A DNA stretch of 64,000 bases from Candidatus Dormibacteria bacterium (GCA_049521435.1 JBEKOU010000005.1:6012-70011); one strand, 5' to 3'; shown: positions 30,109 to 45,241, counted from the stretch's first letter. The notes: generated by a model not told the origin, from the letters alone. Translations and numbers: made by a program.

Positions 30109-30515
30109 TGGCGCCCGAGGCGGTCTCGCCGCTTCCGGGCTCAGTCCCGGGACCGCTGCGGGACACGGCGGCGGCTCCCCGCCACGCTCTCAACATCACC
30201 GCCGCGACCTGCGGCGGCGCAGCCGTGGTGGCGCTGGTGGTGGCCGCCGTGCTCGGCCAGCCCATCGGCGGCGTGGCCCTTGCCCTCGGCCTCGTCCTCG
30301 GCGCCGGCAATGGCTACCTGGCGGTGCGCATGCTCGCCTTCGGGGTCGCCTTCGCGGCCACCAGCCTGCTGAGGCTGATGATCCTGACCATGCTCGCGAT
30401 CCTGAGCGGATTCGTGCTCGGTTGGGAGCGGGCGATCCTCGTCGCTCTGGGCATGGCGGTGGCCCAATTGGTGCTCTCCGCCGCCTCGTTGCGTGAGGTG
30501 CTGCGAAGCCGATGA
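30108..30515 (+). CDS. atpI: ATP synthase protein I
   Basis: Small 4-TM protein between atpZ-like and atpB. The start overlaps the upstream stop (TGATG). Confidence 0.6.
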   Translation: MAPEAVSPLPGSVPGPLRDTAAAPRHALNITAATCGGAAVVALVVAAVLGQPIGGVALALGLVLGAGNGYLAVRMLAFGVAFAATSLLRLMILTMLAILSGFVLGWERAILVALGMAVAQLVLSAASLREVLRSR

Positions 30516-31300
30516 TCGGCCAGCTCCTCGCCGACTCTGTTCCTGGAACCCATCCCATTGTCACCATCTGCGGCGGGGGCGGCTTCCTCTGCAGCTACGA
30601 CGAGGACACGGTGATCTCCTCGGCGATTGCCGTCGCGGTGACCCTCGGCATCGGGTTCCTCCTCGTGCGCACCCTCCGAAGCGGCAAGCCGGGCCGGCTG
30701 CAGATGGTGTTCGAGCTCTTCCTCAGCTATGTCCGCAACCTGATCCGCGACACCGTCGGGGAGGATGTCCCGGCCTTCCTGCTCCCGCTCGCGGCAACCA
30801 TCGGCTTCTTCATCCTGGTCGCCAACTGGCTCGACTTCTTCCCGCTCCAGCAGCCGGTCGAGCCGGCCAACGCCGACCTCAACCTGCCCCTCGCCATGGG
30901 ATTGATCGTCTTCCTGATGAGCCAGGGGTACGCGATTCGGGTGCGGGGCCTGGGCGGCTACTTCCACCACTACATGCGCCCCCCCTTCCCCCCGCTGACC
31001 ATCATCGAGGAGCTGGTCAAGCCCATCACCCTGGCCCTCCGACTTTTCGGCAACGTCTTCGCCGGGGTGGTGATGATCTACCTGCTCGGATCGCTCTTCG
31101 AGGCCTGGGCCGGGCAGTCCCTGGTCACCTCCGCGCTGTCGGTGCTGCCGATCGCCGGGATGACCATCTGGAAGCTCTTTGACGTCCTCTTCATCGGCAC
31201 CATCCAGGCCTTCATCTTCATGCTGCTCACCATCATCTATTTCGGCCAGGCCCGCGAGGGGGTCTCCGACGAGGGCCATGAGGCCCGAAGCCCCGCCTAG
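30512..31300 (+). CDS. atpB: F0F1 ATP synthase subunit a
   Basis: LALRLFGNVFAGVVMIYLL (essential Arg motif). ATGA overlap with atpI. Confidence 0.93.
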   Translation: MIGQLLADSVPGTHPIVTICGGGGFLCSYDEDTVISSAIAVAVTLGIGFLLVRTLRSGKPGRLQMVFELFLSYVRNLIRDTVGEDVPAFLLPLAATIGFFILVANWLDFFPLQQPVEPANADLNLPLAMGLIVFLMSQGYAIRVRGLGGYFHHYMRPPFPPLTIIEELVKPITLALRLFGNVFAGVVMIYLLGSLFEAWAGQSLVTSALSVLPIAGMTIWKLFDVLFIGTIQAFIFMLLTIIYFGQAREGVSDEGHEARSPA

Positions 31301-31315
31301 ATCACCACAGGAGAG

Positions 31316-31603
31316 ATGGACCCGATGCCACTGCTAGCCACCGCCATAGACGCTCACTCGATCATCCTGGCCGGAGCCCTGATCGCCGCCGGTCTCGCCC
31401 TCGGCGGGGGTGCCATCGGCGCCGCCATCGGTGACGGCCTGGCCGGCAACGCCACCATCCAGGGCACCGCCCGGCAGCCGGAGGCTCAGGGGCGTCTGAC
31501 CGTCATCATGTTCCTGATCGTCGGACTGGTCGAGGCGATGTACTTCATCAACCTGGTGCTCGGCTTCTTCTTCATCGTCAGCTACGGCGCCAAGACCAGC
31601 TAG
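31316..31603 (+). CDS. atpE: F0F1 ATP synthase subunit c
   Basis: Hairpin of two TM helices, ARQPEA loop, [11 protein letters not shown] with the proton-binding Glu. Confidence 0.9.
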   Translation: MDPMPLLATAIDAHSIILAGALIAAGLALGGGAIGAAIGDGLAGNATIQGTARQPEAQGRLTVIMFLIVGLVEAMYFINLVLGFFFIVSYGAKTS

Positions 31604-31610
31604 CGTTCCC

Positions 31611-32120
31611 GTGATGTTTGCCAGCGCCTCGCTGCTGTCCGTCAACGGCACCCTGATCGCCGAGGCGATCGTCTTCGTCCTCATGGTCGGCGTCCTCTGG
31701 CGCTGGGTCTACCCGCCGGTGATGCGCATTGCCGAGAGGCGGGAGCAGGCGATCGAGGCCGGGCTGCAGCAGGCCCAGGAGGCCGAGAAGCGGCTGGCGG
31801 ACGTGCGCGTCGAGGTCGAGAAGCTCCTCGACGAAGCTCGTGTCCAGGCCCGGGAGATCGCTGACCGCGCTCACCGTGAGGCCGCCGCCGAAGCGGACGA
31901 GCTCCGGTCCAAGGCCCGGCGGGAGGCCAAGATACTCAGCGACCAGGCCCGGATCGACATCATCGCCGAGCAGGATCGAGCGCTCCGCGAGCTGCGCACC
32001 CAGGTCGGTGCCCTGGTGGTCGCCGCCGCAGCCCGCGTGCTCGGGGACGCGATGGACGCACAGTCCCAGCTCAAGCTCATCGAGCACTCCCTCCAGTCTC
32101 TGGAGACCCTGCCGAGATGA
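31611..32120 (+). CDS. atpF: F0F1 ATP synthase subunit b
   Basis: Single N-terminal TM helix then a long charged helix (EQAIEAGLQQAQEAEKRLADVR...). Confidence 0.85.
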   Translation: MMFASASLLSVNGTLIAEAIVFVLMVGVLWRWVYPPVMRIAERREQAIEAGLQQAQEAEKRLADVRVEVEKLLDEARVQAREIADRAHREAAAEADELRSKARREAKILSDQARIDIIAEQDRALRELRTQVGALVVAAAARVLGDAMDAQSQLKLIEHSLQSLETLPR

Positions 32121-32142
32121 CGTCCCCACCGGAGATCCGCTG

Positions 32143-32667
32143 ATGGCCTCCACCCTCGTCAGGCGCTACGCGGAGGCCTGCTACGAGGTCGCTCGCGAGC
32201 GGGTCAGCGTCGATCCCGTCGGCGTCGAGCTGCAACGGGCTCGCGACATCCTCGGCGATGTCCGGGTCCGGGCGGTCATGGCCAACCCGCGGGTGACCCT
32301 GGAGGAGCGCAGCGCGGTCCTGGATGGGCTCCTCGAGGGGATGTCGTCGCCCGCCCGCAATCTGATCCGGCTGCTGGTGGCTCACGGGCGCTTCGGGCTC
32401 CTCTCCGAGGTGGTCACCGAATACGGCGCGCTGGTCGAGGCGGCATCGGGCGTGCTCCGCGTCGTGGTCAGGTCCGCGGTTCCTCTGAGCCGCGCCAGCG
32501 AACGGCGGATCGAGGGGGTGCTCGCCGTCCGCCTGGAGCATCCCGTCCGCCTCGAGACCGTCCACGATCCCTCCCTCATCGGCGGACTTGTGATCCGGAT
32601 GGGCGATCGCGTCATCGACGACAGCGTTCGCAGTCATCTTCAGCAGCTTCAGGCCGCGATGGCCTGA
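32143..32667 (+). CDS. atpH: F0F1 ATP synthase subunit delta
   Basis: [13 protein letters not shown]-terminus and C-terminal [22 protein letters not shown], typical OSCP/delta. Confidence 0.85.
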   Translation: MASTLVRRYAEACYEVARERVSVDPVGVELQRARDILGDVRVRAVMANPRVTLEERSAVLDGLLEGMSSPARNLIRLLVAHGRFGLLSEVVTEYGALVEAASGVLRVVVRSAVPLSRASERRIEGVLAVRLEHPVRLETVHDPSLIGGLVIRMGDRVIDDSVRSHLQQLQAAMA

Positions 32668-32692
32668 TCGGAGGTCAGGGACACACCGAGCG

Positions 32693-34209
<1,517 letters not shown>

Positions 34210-34213
<4 letters not shown>

Positions 34214-34228
34214 TGTCCAGGACACTAG
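34210..34228. repeat. Perfect 19-nt palindrome CTAGTGTCC-A-GGACACTAG spanning the atpA stop codon
   Basis: Read directly. Locally AT-richer and contains two CTAG tetranucleotides. Function unknown. Confidence 0.6.
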
Positions 34229-34241
34229 TGGTGGCTCACTG

Positions 34242-36785
<2,544 letters not shown>

Positions 36786-36786
<1 letters not shown>

Positions 36787-37217
36787 TGGCGAAGCTGAAC
36801 GTCGAGCTGGTCACCGCGGAGGGCCGTGTGCTCTCCCAGGAGGCCGACTTCGTGCTCGCGCCGGGAGCGGCCGGTGATCTGGGGGTGCTGCCCCACCACA
36901 TCCCCCTGCTCACCCCGCTCCGCACCGGCGAGGTCATGGTGCGCAACGACGGGGTGGAGGAGTACCTCTTCGTCTCGGGCGGCTTCCTGGAGATCCTCCC
37001 CGACCGCGTCGTCATCCTCGCGGATGCGGCCGAGCGTGCGGAGGACATCGACCAGACCCGGGCCGAGGCGGCGCGCCGTGCTGCCGAGGAGGCGCTCGCC
37101 GAGCATGCTGGCGACGCCATGGCCGCCGCCAAGCTGGAGCGCGCCCTCTACCGGCTCAAGGTCGCCGAGGTCCGCCGTCGCCGGCGGGATCGCGGGAGCC
37201 TCCCCGGCGCGTCGTAG
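36786..37217 (+). CDS. atpC: F0F1 ATP synthase subunit epsilon
   Basis: MAKLNVELVTAEGRVLSQEADFVLAPGAAGDLGVLPHHIPLLT. The ATG overlaps the atpD stop by 1 nt. Confidence 0.9.
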
Positions 37218-37222
37218 AGGGG

Positions 37223-38827
37223 TCAGCTTCCCAGGAAGAAGTTGCCCGCCAGGAAGTCCGTGTTGATCTGCGTGTCCTGCTCGGTGCCGAGGCAGCTGAT
37301 GGCGATCCCCACCGCCGCGTAGGTCGGGTCGGTGAAGCCGAGCACGTCGACGCTGTTGACATCCGAGCAGACGTCCAGGCTGGAGACCGGGTTGCTGTCG
37401 CCCAGCTCGAAACTCGGGTTGCCCGTGAAGACGAAGTCGGAGCCGCTGGTGCTCTTGGTGTTGGTGGTGGTGTAGGTGTTCTCGCAGTATTGCGAGCTGC
37501 CGTCGGCGTTGTCCACGAGGGTGAGGTTCTGGCAGTTGCCCTGGGTCACCTTCATCCCGTTGGCGGTGAGCAGGGAGGTGAAGTAGGCGGCGGCCGGCGT
37601 TTCGGTCGGGAAGCCCGCATAGAGCACGTAGTCTTCGGAGACATCCGAGTTCTGGGTGAGGTCACAGAGTTCCTCGTCGCTCTCGCCGGTCGCGACGTAG
37701 GCGTCGCTCGGCTCCTCCTGGCAGCTGTCGGCCGTGTTGCCGGTGATGTAGGTGGGCAGGAGGTTGCCCAGCTGGCTGAGGGACGGGGAGCCCGTCGCCG
37801 AGGGGCCGGCGGACGAGGAGGCCTTGGCAGTGGGGGAGGCGGACGGGGAGGGGGAGGAGGTGGGGGTGAGGGTGAAGGTGGGCGCTGGCGTCGGAGTGGG
37901 GGTGGCGACAGGGGTGGTCGCCTTGAACGGGAAGAAGCCGGCGGTGGCGGCGACCCCGAAGTAGCCGATGATCAGCACGATCACGACCGCGGCCGCGATC
38001 AGGGCTCGCGGGTGGCCACGCCTGCGGGTCGGGCGGGCCGGAGCGGTCCACGGGGGCGGTCCCCCCGGCGCGCCCGATCCAGGCGGTGGGCTGGGAGGGG
38101 GCGGCGGGACGGGAACCCCGGCACTCACCCACTGCGGTCCCAGGGGCGGGCCGCCGGTGGCGCCCTGCCCCAACGGTCCGGGAGGGCCGGAACCCGCCAG
38201 CGGCGGAGGGCCCGTGGCTGCCGGTGGGGCGGGCCACCCTCCGGGCGGCGTGTACGCCGCAGGGGCCAGGGGTGGCACGAACTGCCACGGAGCCGGCGGC
38301 GGGGGCGTTGCGGGGGCCGGCGGGGAAGGCCAGGCCGCCGGGGGCGGGGTGTCCGCGGCGGGCGCCGCGGGGAAGTCGAGCGGGATCACCGGGGGCGGTG
38401 GCGGGACCACCGGGGGCGGTGGCGGGACCGACGCGGAGCCCGGCCAGGCGGCCGTGGCGCCGGGAGGCGGTGCCGCCGGTGCCGGGTCGATGATGGGGAA
38501 CCCCATGGCCCGGGCGATCTCCGAGACGGCCCAGCTGCTTGCCCGGGGGTCGAGGACGCCGCTCTGGGCCAGGTTGCCGGAGACCGTCTGGACGGCCGCG
38601 CCCGGGCCGACCGCCGCCGCCTGCTGGGCGAGCTGGACGGCGACGCCCGCTCGCGCCGCGGCCACCAGCATCTCGGTCTCTTCGGGCGCGGTGGGGAGCA
38701 GGATGTTGAGGGCGCCGCCGAGGTGCCGGGGGTCAGCCAGGATGTCGGGCCCGTGGTCCCTCACGACCGCCGCCAGGGCTCGGCGAACGTCCCCCTGAGG
38801 ATCGAAGCCTCGGATGCCAGCGTTCAT
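37223..38827 (-). CDS. Bitopic membrane protein: helical N-terminal domain, long Pro-rich linker, one TM helix, Thr/Pro linker, Cys-containing extracytoplasmic domain (hypothetical)
   Basis: ATG at 38825-38827 (MNAGIRGF). TM helix ALIAAAVVIVLIIGYFGVAATAGFF. The C-terminal ~200 aa are Ser/Thr/Asn/Asp-rich with 6 Cys and lower GC. The Gly-rich antisense ORFs here are shadows of the Pro codons. Confidence 0.6.
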   Translation of the reverse strand: MNAGIRGFDPQGDVRRALAAVVRDHGPDILADPRHLGGALNILLPTAPEETEMLVAAARAGVAVQLAQQAAAVGPGAAVQTVSGNLAQSGVLDPRASSWAVSEIARAMGFPIIDPAPAAPPPGATAAWPGSASVPPPPPVVPPPPPVIPLDFPAAPAADTPPPAAWPSPPAPATPPPPAPWQFVPPLAPAAYTPPGGWPAPPAATGPPPLAGSGPPGPLGQGATGGPPLGPQWVSAGVPVPPPPPSPPPGSGAPGGPPPWTAPARPTRRRGHPRALIAAAVVIVLIIGYFGVAATAGFFPFKATTPVATPTPTPAPTFTLTPTSSPSPSASPTAKASSSAGPSATGSPSLSQLGNLLPTYITGNTADSCQEEPSDAYVATGESDEELCDLTQNSDVSEDYVLYAGFPTETPAAAYFTSLLTANGMKVTQGNCQNLTLVDNADGSSQYCENTYTTTNTKSTSGSDFVFTGNPSFELGDSNPVSSLDVCSDVNSVDVLGFTDPTYAAVGIAISCLGTEQDTQINTDFLAGNFFLGS

Positions 38828-38974
38828 GCGATGCCCCTGCCCATCAACGGGTCCGATGCACGGTAAGACCGGGATGGTAGGCGATGACCGAGCACCGCCG
38901 TTCCAGGCAGACGGGGCCATAGGGGACCGGCACCGGCCGGCCGGGCTCGGGGGCCGGTTGCACGGCCGCGCGGC

Positions 38975-40669
38975 TCAGAAGAGCCCGACGATGTTTCCCG
39001 CCTCGTCGATGTCGATGCGTTCTGCGACCGGGGCGCTCGGCAGGCCGGGCATGGTGCGTATCTCGCCGCTGCGGAGGTAGACGAAGCCCGCGCCCGCTGC
39101 GGCTCTGACCTCCCGGATGGGGAGCGTCCAGCCGGTGGGCGCCCCCTTGAGTCGGGGATCGGACGAGAGGCTCAGCTGGGTCTTGGCGATGCAGACCGGG
39201 AGACCGCCGAATCCGTCTCGCTCGCACTGGCGGAGCTGCTGGGCGGCCGCGCTGTCATAGGCGACGCCGTCGGCCCCGTAGATCCGGGTCGCCACCGCGG
39301 TCACCTTCTCCTCCAGGCTGGCGTCGTCCGCGTAGAGCATCCGGAAGCAGCTCTTCTCCTCGCACGCGGCGGCCACCGCCTCGGCCAGCTCCACCGCCCC
39401 CTCACCGCCGTCCGCGTAGCTGGTGTGGACGGCGCAGCGGACGGCCATCTCCTCGGCGATCCGGCGGATGGCGGCGTGCTCCGACGGGTGGTCCTCGGGA
39501 TGGGCGTTGATGGCCACCACCACGGGGACGCCGAAGAGCTGGCAGTTCTCGATCTGCTTGCGCAGATTGACCCCGCCGACCTCCACCTCGTCCGGGTTCT
39601 CCTCGAAGAGCTGCGGCGGGAGCGCGCGGCCGGCGACGACCCGGTGCTTCCCGGAGTGGGCCTTGAGGGCGCGGACGGTGGCGACCACGACGGCGGCATC
39701 GGGGCGCAGCCCACTCACCCGGCACTTGATGTCGAAGAAACGCTCCGCTCCCATGTCGGCGCCAAAGCCGGCCTCGGTGACCAGGAAGTCGCCGGTCCGG
39801 CTGCCGATGAGGTCGCCGATCACCGACGAGTTGCCGTGGGCGATGTTGCCGAAGGGCCCGGCGTGCACGATGGTCGGGGTGCCCTCCAGCGTCTGCACCA
39901 GGTTGGGCTTGATCGCCTCGAGCAGCAGCACCGCCATCGCACCGGCGGAGCGCAGGTCATCGGCGGTGACCGGCTTACCATCTCGCGCGTGGCCGACGAC
40001 GATGCGGCCGAGCCGGCTCCGCAGGTCGCGCAGTGAGCTGGAGAGCGCGAGCACGGCCATCACCTCGGAGGCCGCGGTGATGTCGAAGCCGCTCTGGCGC
40101 GGCACGCCGTCCTGGGCGGCGCCCAGGCCGATGACCACGTTGCGTAGCGCCCGGTCATTGACGTCGAGCACCCGCCGCCAGGAGATGGTGGCCGGCTCGA
40201 GGTCAAGTGCGTTGCCCTGGAAGAGATGGTTGTCCACCATGGCGGAGAGCTGGTTGTGGGCGGCGGTCACCGCGTGCATGTCGCCGGTCAGGTGGAGGGC
40301 GACCCTGTCGAAGGGGACCAGCGTGCTCAGCCCGCCACCCGCCGCACCACCCTTGACACCGAAGGTCGGACCCATCGACCCCTGCCGGAGGGAGATCACC
40401 GCCCGCCGGCCGATCCGGCGCAGGCCGTCGCCCAGGCCGATGGTGGTCACCGTCTTGCCCTCGCCGAGGGGCGTGGGGGTGATCGCGGTGACCACCACAT
40501 AGCGCGCACGCCGCTCTGCGGGAAGGGAATCGAGCGCCTCCAGGCGGATCTTGGCGACACCCTGTCCGTACGGTTCGAGTAGCTCCGACCCGATCCCCAC
40601 CTCCGCGGCGACGTCGGCTATGGCGCGCGCCTCGGCGGGGAGGGAGCGATCCTGAGTGGATGGTTTCAT
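38975..40669 (-). CDS. fhs: Formate--tetrahydrofolate ligase
   Basis: VVVTAITPTPLGEGKTVTTIGL P-loop, VHAGPFGNIAHGNSS, 564 aa. Confidence 0.95.
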   Translation of the reverse strand: MKPSTQDRSLPAEARAIADVAAEVGIGSELLEPYGQGVAKIRLEALDSLPAERRARYVVVTAITPTPLGEGKTVTTIGLGDGLRRIGRRAVISLRQGSMGPTFGVKGGAAGGGLSTLVPFDRVALHLTGDMHAVTAAHNQLSAMVDNHLFQGNALDLEPATISWRRVLDVNDRALRNVVIGLGAAQDGVPRQSGFDITAASEVMAVLALSSSLRDLRSRLGRIVVGHARDGKPVTADDLRSAGAMAVLLLEAIKPNLVQTLEGTPTIVHAGPFGNIAHGNSSVIGDLIGSRTGDFLVTEAGFGADMGAERFFDIKCRVSGLRPDAAVVVATVRALKAHSGKHRVVAGRALPPQLFEENPDEVEVGGVNLRKQIENCQLFGVPVVVAINAHPEDHPSEHAAIRRIAEEMAVRCAVHTSYADGGEGAVELAEAVAAACEEKSCFRMLYADDASLEEKVTAVATRIYGADGVAYDSAAAQQLRQCERDGFGGLPVCIAKTQLSLSSDPRLKGAPTGWTLPIREVRAAAGAGFVYLRSGEIRTMPGLPSAPVAERIDIDEAGNIVGLF

Positions 40670-40769
40670 GTCCCCATCCTGACCGGCTCGGGCCGCTGGA
40701 ACCTACAGGCGCCGGCCATCAACTGGGCAGGCACAAGGTCCCAGCCGGCACCGGGCGGCTGGGGCGCCG

Positions 40770-41513
40770 TCAGCGCCGGGAATTCCCGCCGCCCTGGGTC
40801 ATCATCAAGATCATCAGCAGGTTGAGGAAGAGGTTGAAGACGTCCAGGTAGATCTTGAGCGCCATCCGGATGGCGCTCCCCGGGGCGTTGGCGGTGTGGG
40901 TCACCCGCTGGATGTCGTACAGCAGGAAGAGCGAGAAGAGCACGCACGCGGCGGCGGAGATGAAGATCTGAAAGGCCGTCGACTGGACGAAGAGGCCGAT
41001 GACCATCGCCACCACGACCCCGATCAGGGCGGCGAAGAGCCAGCCCCCGATCCTGCTGAAGTCGCGGCTCGTGGTCCTCGCGTAGAGGGTGATCCCGCCG
41101 GTGGTGGCCACGGTCGCCGCCACGGCCTCGTAGACGATGTACTGGTAGCCCCCCGCCTGCAGGCCCAGGATCAGCGGAGCGACGGCGATCCCGGTGACGA
41201 CACCAAAGGCGAGGAACAGGACCATACCGATCCCGGGGCGCGCGGCCAGCGCCTGGGTGGCCATGACCAGGACGATCATAGCGATGAACCAGAGGATGTC
41301 GCCGCCTGAGGTGGCTGTGTTGAGCCCGGCGCCTCCGAGCAGGATCCCGCCGAGGGCGCAGAGCACCAGCAGGCAGGTCAGCCCCATCACCTTCTCGGGG
41401 AGGCTGATCGCCCCCTGCATGGCCGGGTCGGCCCAGCCGCGGGTCTCGCCGAACGGGTTGTAGAGGCTGCGGTTGGAACCGCCGCCGCCCATGCCGCTGT
41501 TCATGTTGAACAT
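40770..41513 (-). CDS. Bax inhibitor-1/YccA family membrane protein
   Basis: 7-TM profile, Gly-rich N-terminus, [10 protein letters not shown] motif. Confidence 0.85.
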   Translation of the reverse strand: MFNMNSGMGGGGSNRSLYNPFGETRGWADPAMQGAISLPEKVMGLTCLLVLCALGGILLGGAGLNTATSGGDILWFIAMIVLVMATQALAARPGIGMVLFLAFGVVTGIAVAPLILGLQAGGYQYIVYEAVAATVATTGGITLYARTTSRDFSRIGGWLFAALIGVVVAMVIGLFVQSTAFQIFISAAACVLFSLFLLYDIQRVTHTANAPGSAIRMALKIYLDVFNLFLNLLMILMMTQGGGNSRR

Positions 41514-41599
41514 CTCAGATCTCTTGGCTCCAGATGGGGAGATCGGGTCGTCTCAAGGTTACGGTACCCCGCCTGTCCACCGGGTTACACATGGGGCGT

Positions 41600-41634
41600 G
41601 GCCCACCCCGCGGCTGACGGACGTGGGGTGGGCC
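41600..41634 (-). terminator. Strong hairpin (GGCCCACCCC...GGGGTGGGCC, 10 perfect bp extendable to 13) 13 nt downstream of the fbaB-like stop
   Basis: Read directly. No U-tract, as is often the case for terminator-like hairpins in high-GC genomes. Confidence 0.5.
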
Positions 41635-41646
41635 CGCAGTCGTCGA

Positions 41647-42723
<1,077 letters not shown>

Positions 42724-42847
42724 GGTGTCCTCCGGGAATGGGCTGCGGGCGAATTCTCCCCCATCCGCCCCGCGCGGTGACTTCCGACCACTCTGACGCG
42801 TTCGGAGCGACCTGTCGGAGGCCTGATTCTCCCCGCCCGCGGTCATG

Positions 42848-42853
42848 TACCGT
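42848..42853 (+). promoter_or_regulatory. -10-like hexamer TACCGT, 7 nt upstream of murA ATG 42861
   Basis: TANNNT match. No clear SD. Confidence 0.3.
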
Positions 42854-42860
42854 AGGCGCG

Positions 42861-44165
42861 ATGGACCTGCTCCGCATCACCGGGGGTGGCCGGCTGACCG
42901 GGGAGGTCGCGATCTCCGGCAGCAAGAACGCGGCCCTGCCGGTCATGGCGGCCGCCCTCCTCACCGACGAGCCGCTGGAGCTGACCAACGTCCCGGACAT
43001 CGAGGACATCGGGACCATGGCGGCCATGCTCGGCCACCTCGGGGTCTCGGTGGAGAAGATCGCCGACGGTCGCTGGCGGCTCGACGCCGGGCGGGTCGAG
43101 GCGGCCCCGGTGGGCGCCGACCTGACCCGCCGGTTGCGGGGTTCGTTCCTCCTTCTCGGGGCGCTGGTGGGCCGGACCGGCCAGGCGGAGATCGCCAAGC
43201 CGGGCGGGGACGACATCGGGATGCGCCGGGTCGAGCAGCACCTGGAGGGGCTGCGGTTGATGGGGGCAGAGGTGGCCGAGACCGCCACCAGCTTCGTGGC
43301 CCGGGCAAAGCGGCTCCGGGGCGCTCACATCTACCTCGACATGCCGACCGTCACCGGCACCGAGAATCTGATGATGGCCGCGGTTCTGGCCGACGGCATC
43401 ACGGTGATCAGCAACGCCGCCCGCGAGCCTCACGTCTACGATCTCGCCCGCTGCCTGGTCGGCATGGGAGCCCGGATCAGCGGCGCCGGCAGCGAGCTGA
43501 TCGTCGTCGAGGGCCAGAGCACCCTGCTGCACGGCACCCAGCATCGGGTGACGACCGACTACATCGAGGCCGGCACCTACATGACCGCGGCGGCCGCGAC
43601 CGGCGGCGACGTCGTCGTCCACGGCATGCGTCCCAGTGACCTCCGTTCTCTCAGCAACAAGCTGCACGCCGCCGGTTGCACCGTCGTCGAGGGAGGCAAC
43701 CACGTGCGGGTGACCGGGGGCAAGCTCCGCGCTGTCGATGTCACCACCTGGCCCCACCCGGGATTTGCCACCGACCTCCAGCCGCAGTTCGGGGCCCTGA
43801 TGACCCAGGCCGAGGGGACCAGCATCATCAGCGAGGCCCTCTACGAGAACCGCTTCCGCCACGTCGCCGAGCTCGCCAAGATGGGTGCCCGGATCGCCGT
43901 CGAGGGGCGGAGCGCGAGCATCACCGGCCCGACCGCGCTCCACGGCACCGCCGTCTCGATCCCCGACATCCGGAGCGGGGCGGCGCTGGTGATCGCCGCG
44001 CTCTGCGCCGAGGGCACCACCGAGCTGGAGAACGTCTTTCACCTCGACCGCGGGTACGACAGCCTGGAGACCAAGTTGCGGTCCCTGGGAGTGACCCTCG
44101 AACGGGTCCGTCCGGGGCCCGGCGAGTCGTCGGCCCGCGACCTCTCGGGCGTCATCGGAGACTGA
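42861..44165 (+). CDS. murA: UDP-N-acetylglucosamine 1-carboxyvinyltransferase (Asp in place of the fosfomycin-target Cys)
   Basis: [29 protein letters not shown] (E. coli LPGGCTIGARPV), FATDLQPQF. Confidence 0.95.
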   Translation: MDLLRITGGGRLTGEVAISGSKNAALPVMAAALLTDEPLELTNVPDIEDIGTMAAMLGHLGVSVEKIADGRWRLDAGRVEAAPVGADLTRRLRGSFLLLGALVGRTGQAEIAKPGGDDIGMRRVEQHLEGLRLMGAEVAETATSFVARAKRLRGAHIYLDMPTVTGTENLMMAAVLADGITVISNAAREPHVYDLARCLVGMGARISGAGSELIVVEGQSTLLHGTQHRVTTDYIEAGTYMTAAAATGGDVVVHGMRPSDLRSLSNKLHAAGCTVVEGGNHVRVTGGKLRAVDVTTWPHPGFATDLQPQFGALMTQAEGTSIISEALYENRFRHVAELAKMGARIAVEGRSASITGPTALHGTAVSIPDIRSGAALVIAALCAEGTTELENVFHLDRGYDSLETKLRSLGVTLERVRPGPGESSARDLSGVIGD

Positions 44166-44182
44166 TCGGAGGACCGCTGCGG

Positions 44183-45172
44183 ATGCTCGGCAAGAGGCTG
44201 GGAATCGATCTGGGCGCCGGCAACGTACGGTGCGTGGTGCGCGGGGAGGGGCTGACGATCACCGAACCGTCGGTGGTGGCGCGGCACCGGCGCCGTGGCT
44301 ACTCCGCTGCCGGGATGGCCGCAGCCGAGCTGGCCGGCGACCCCGAGCTGGAGCTGATCCGGCCGGTGGGCGCAGGGGCGATCGCCGACCTGGAAGCCGT
44401 CGGCGCTCTGCTCCACCAGCTCGTCAATCGTGCCGCCGGGCGGCAGCGCATCTTCCGCCCGGACGTGGTCATCGCCATCTGCCCCTCGATGGGAGGTGAC
44501 GACCGTCTGGCCATCCTGGAGATCTGCGCCCGGATCGGCACCCGGACCGCCTACCTCATCGACTCACCGATCGCCGCTGCGATGGGCGCGGGGCACGTGC
44601 CGAACGGGAGCCGTGGATACCTGATCGCCGACATCGGCGCGGCCACCGTCGACGTGGCCAGCCTGGCCTCCGAGGGGACCATCGCCGGGCGCACCCTCAC
44701 GACCGCCGGGGACACGCTCCGCGACGCCGTGGCCCGGCGCATCGAGGAGACCCACGGCGCCGTCATCGACCCCGTGGCGGCCGAGGACATCGTGGCCTCC
44801 CTGGCGTGCGTCGGCCCTCATGAGGAGCGCCGGATGCCGCTGGAGGCCGGGGTGGGGGCGGGGTCGGTCACCCTCAGCATCGCCTCCGTCGAGATCGCCG
44901 ACCTGGTGGACGCGCATGCCCGCCAGATCGCCCATGCGATCGAAGAGGTCATCGACGAGACGCCGATCCCGCTCCGCCGCGGCATCCTCGAGGAGGGGAT
45001 CGCCCTCTGCGGGGGCGGTGCCCGGCTGGAGGGCTTGGACCGCTACCTCGGCATCCAGACCGGCATCACGGTCCGGGTGGCGCCCGATGCGCCGACCTGC
45101 GTGATCCGGGGCACCCAGGCGGCCGTCGAGAACCTCGACGTGCTCCGCCGCTCCTTCATGTACATCCGCTAG
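44183..45172 (+). CDS. MreB/Mbl-family actin-like protein, divergent nucleotide-binding motifs
   Basis: SD GGAGGA. GIDLGAGNV, LIDSPIAAAMGAG, IADIGAATVDV, GIALCGGGARLEGLD, 329 aa. Confidence 0.8.
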   Translation: MLGKRLGIDLGAGNVRCVVRGEGLTITEPSVVARHRRRGYSAAGMAAAELAGDPELELIRPVGAGAIADLEAVGALLHQLVNRAAGRQRIFRPDVVIAICPSMGGDDRLAILEICARIGTRTAYLIDSPIAAAMGAGHVPNGSRGYLIADIGAATVDVASLASEGTIAGRTLTTAGDTLRDAVARRIEETHGAVIDPVAAEDIVASLACVGPHEERRMPLEAGVGAGSVTLSIASVEIADLVDAHARQIAHAIEEVIDETPIPLRRGILEEGIALCGGGARLEGLDRYLGIQTGITVRVAPDAPTCVIRGTQAAVENLDVLRRSFMYIR

Positions 45173-45241
45173 GCGGAGTCGGGCGGGCGTCCTCGGTCAC
45201 GAGACAGCCCCACAGCCGATAGCGCTGAGCCCTCTCCCCGG

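Noticed and set aside
37968-38798. Gly-rich 276-aa plus-strand ORF (and 37490..38866) opposite the Pro-rich membrane protein
   Set aside because: It is a shadow of CCN Pro codons read as GGN on the other strand. The minus-strand frame has a TM helix, a structured N-terminal domain and a Cys-containing ectodomain.
40670-40769. ZTP (pfl) or THF riboswitch in the 100-nt leader of fhs
   Set aside because: There are only loose resemblances (CCGCCCGG, CGCCTGTAGG) to the ZTP 3' element CCGCCUGGGC, and no GACUGGCG-type 5' subdomain. A cmsearch with RF01750/RF01831 would be decisive.
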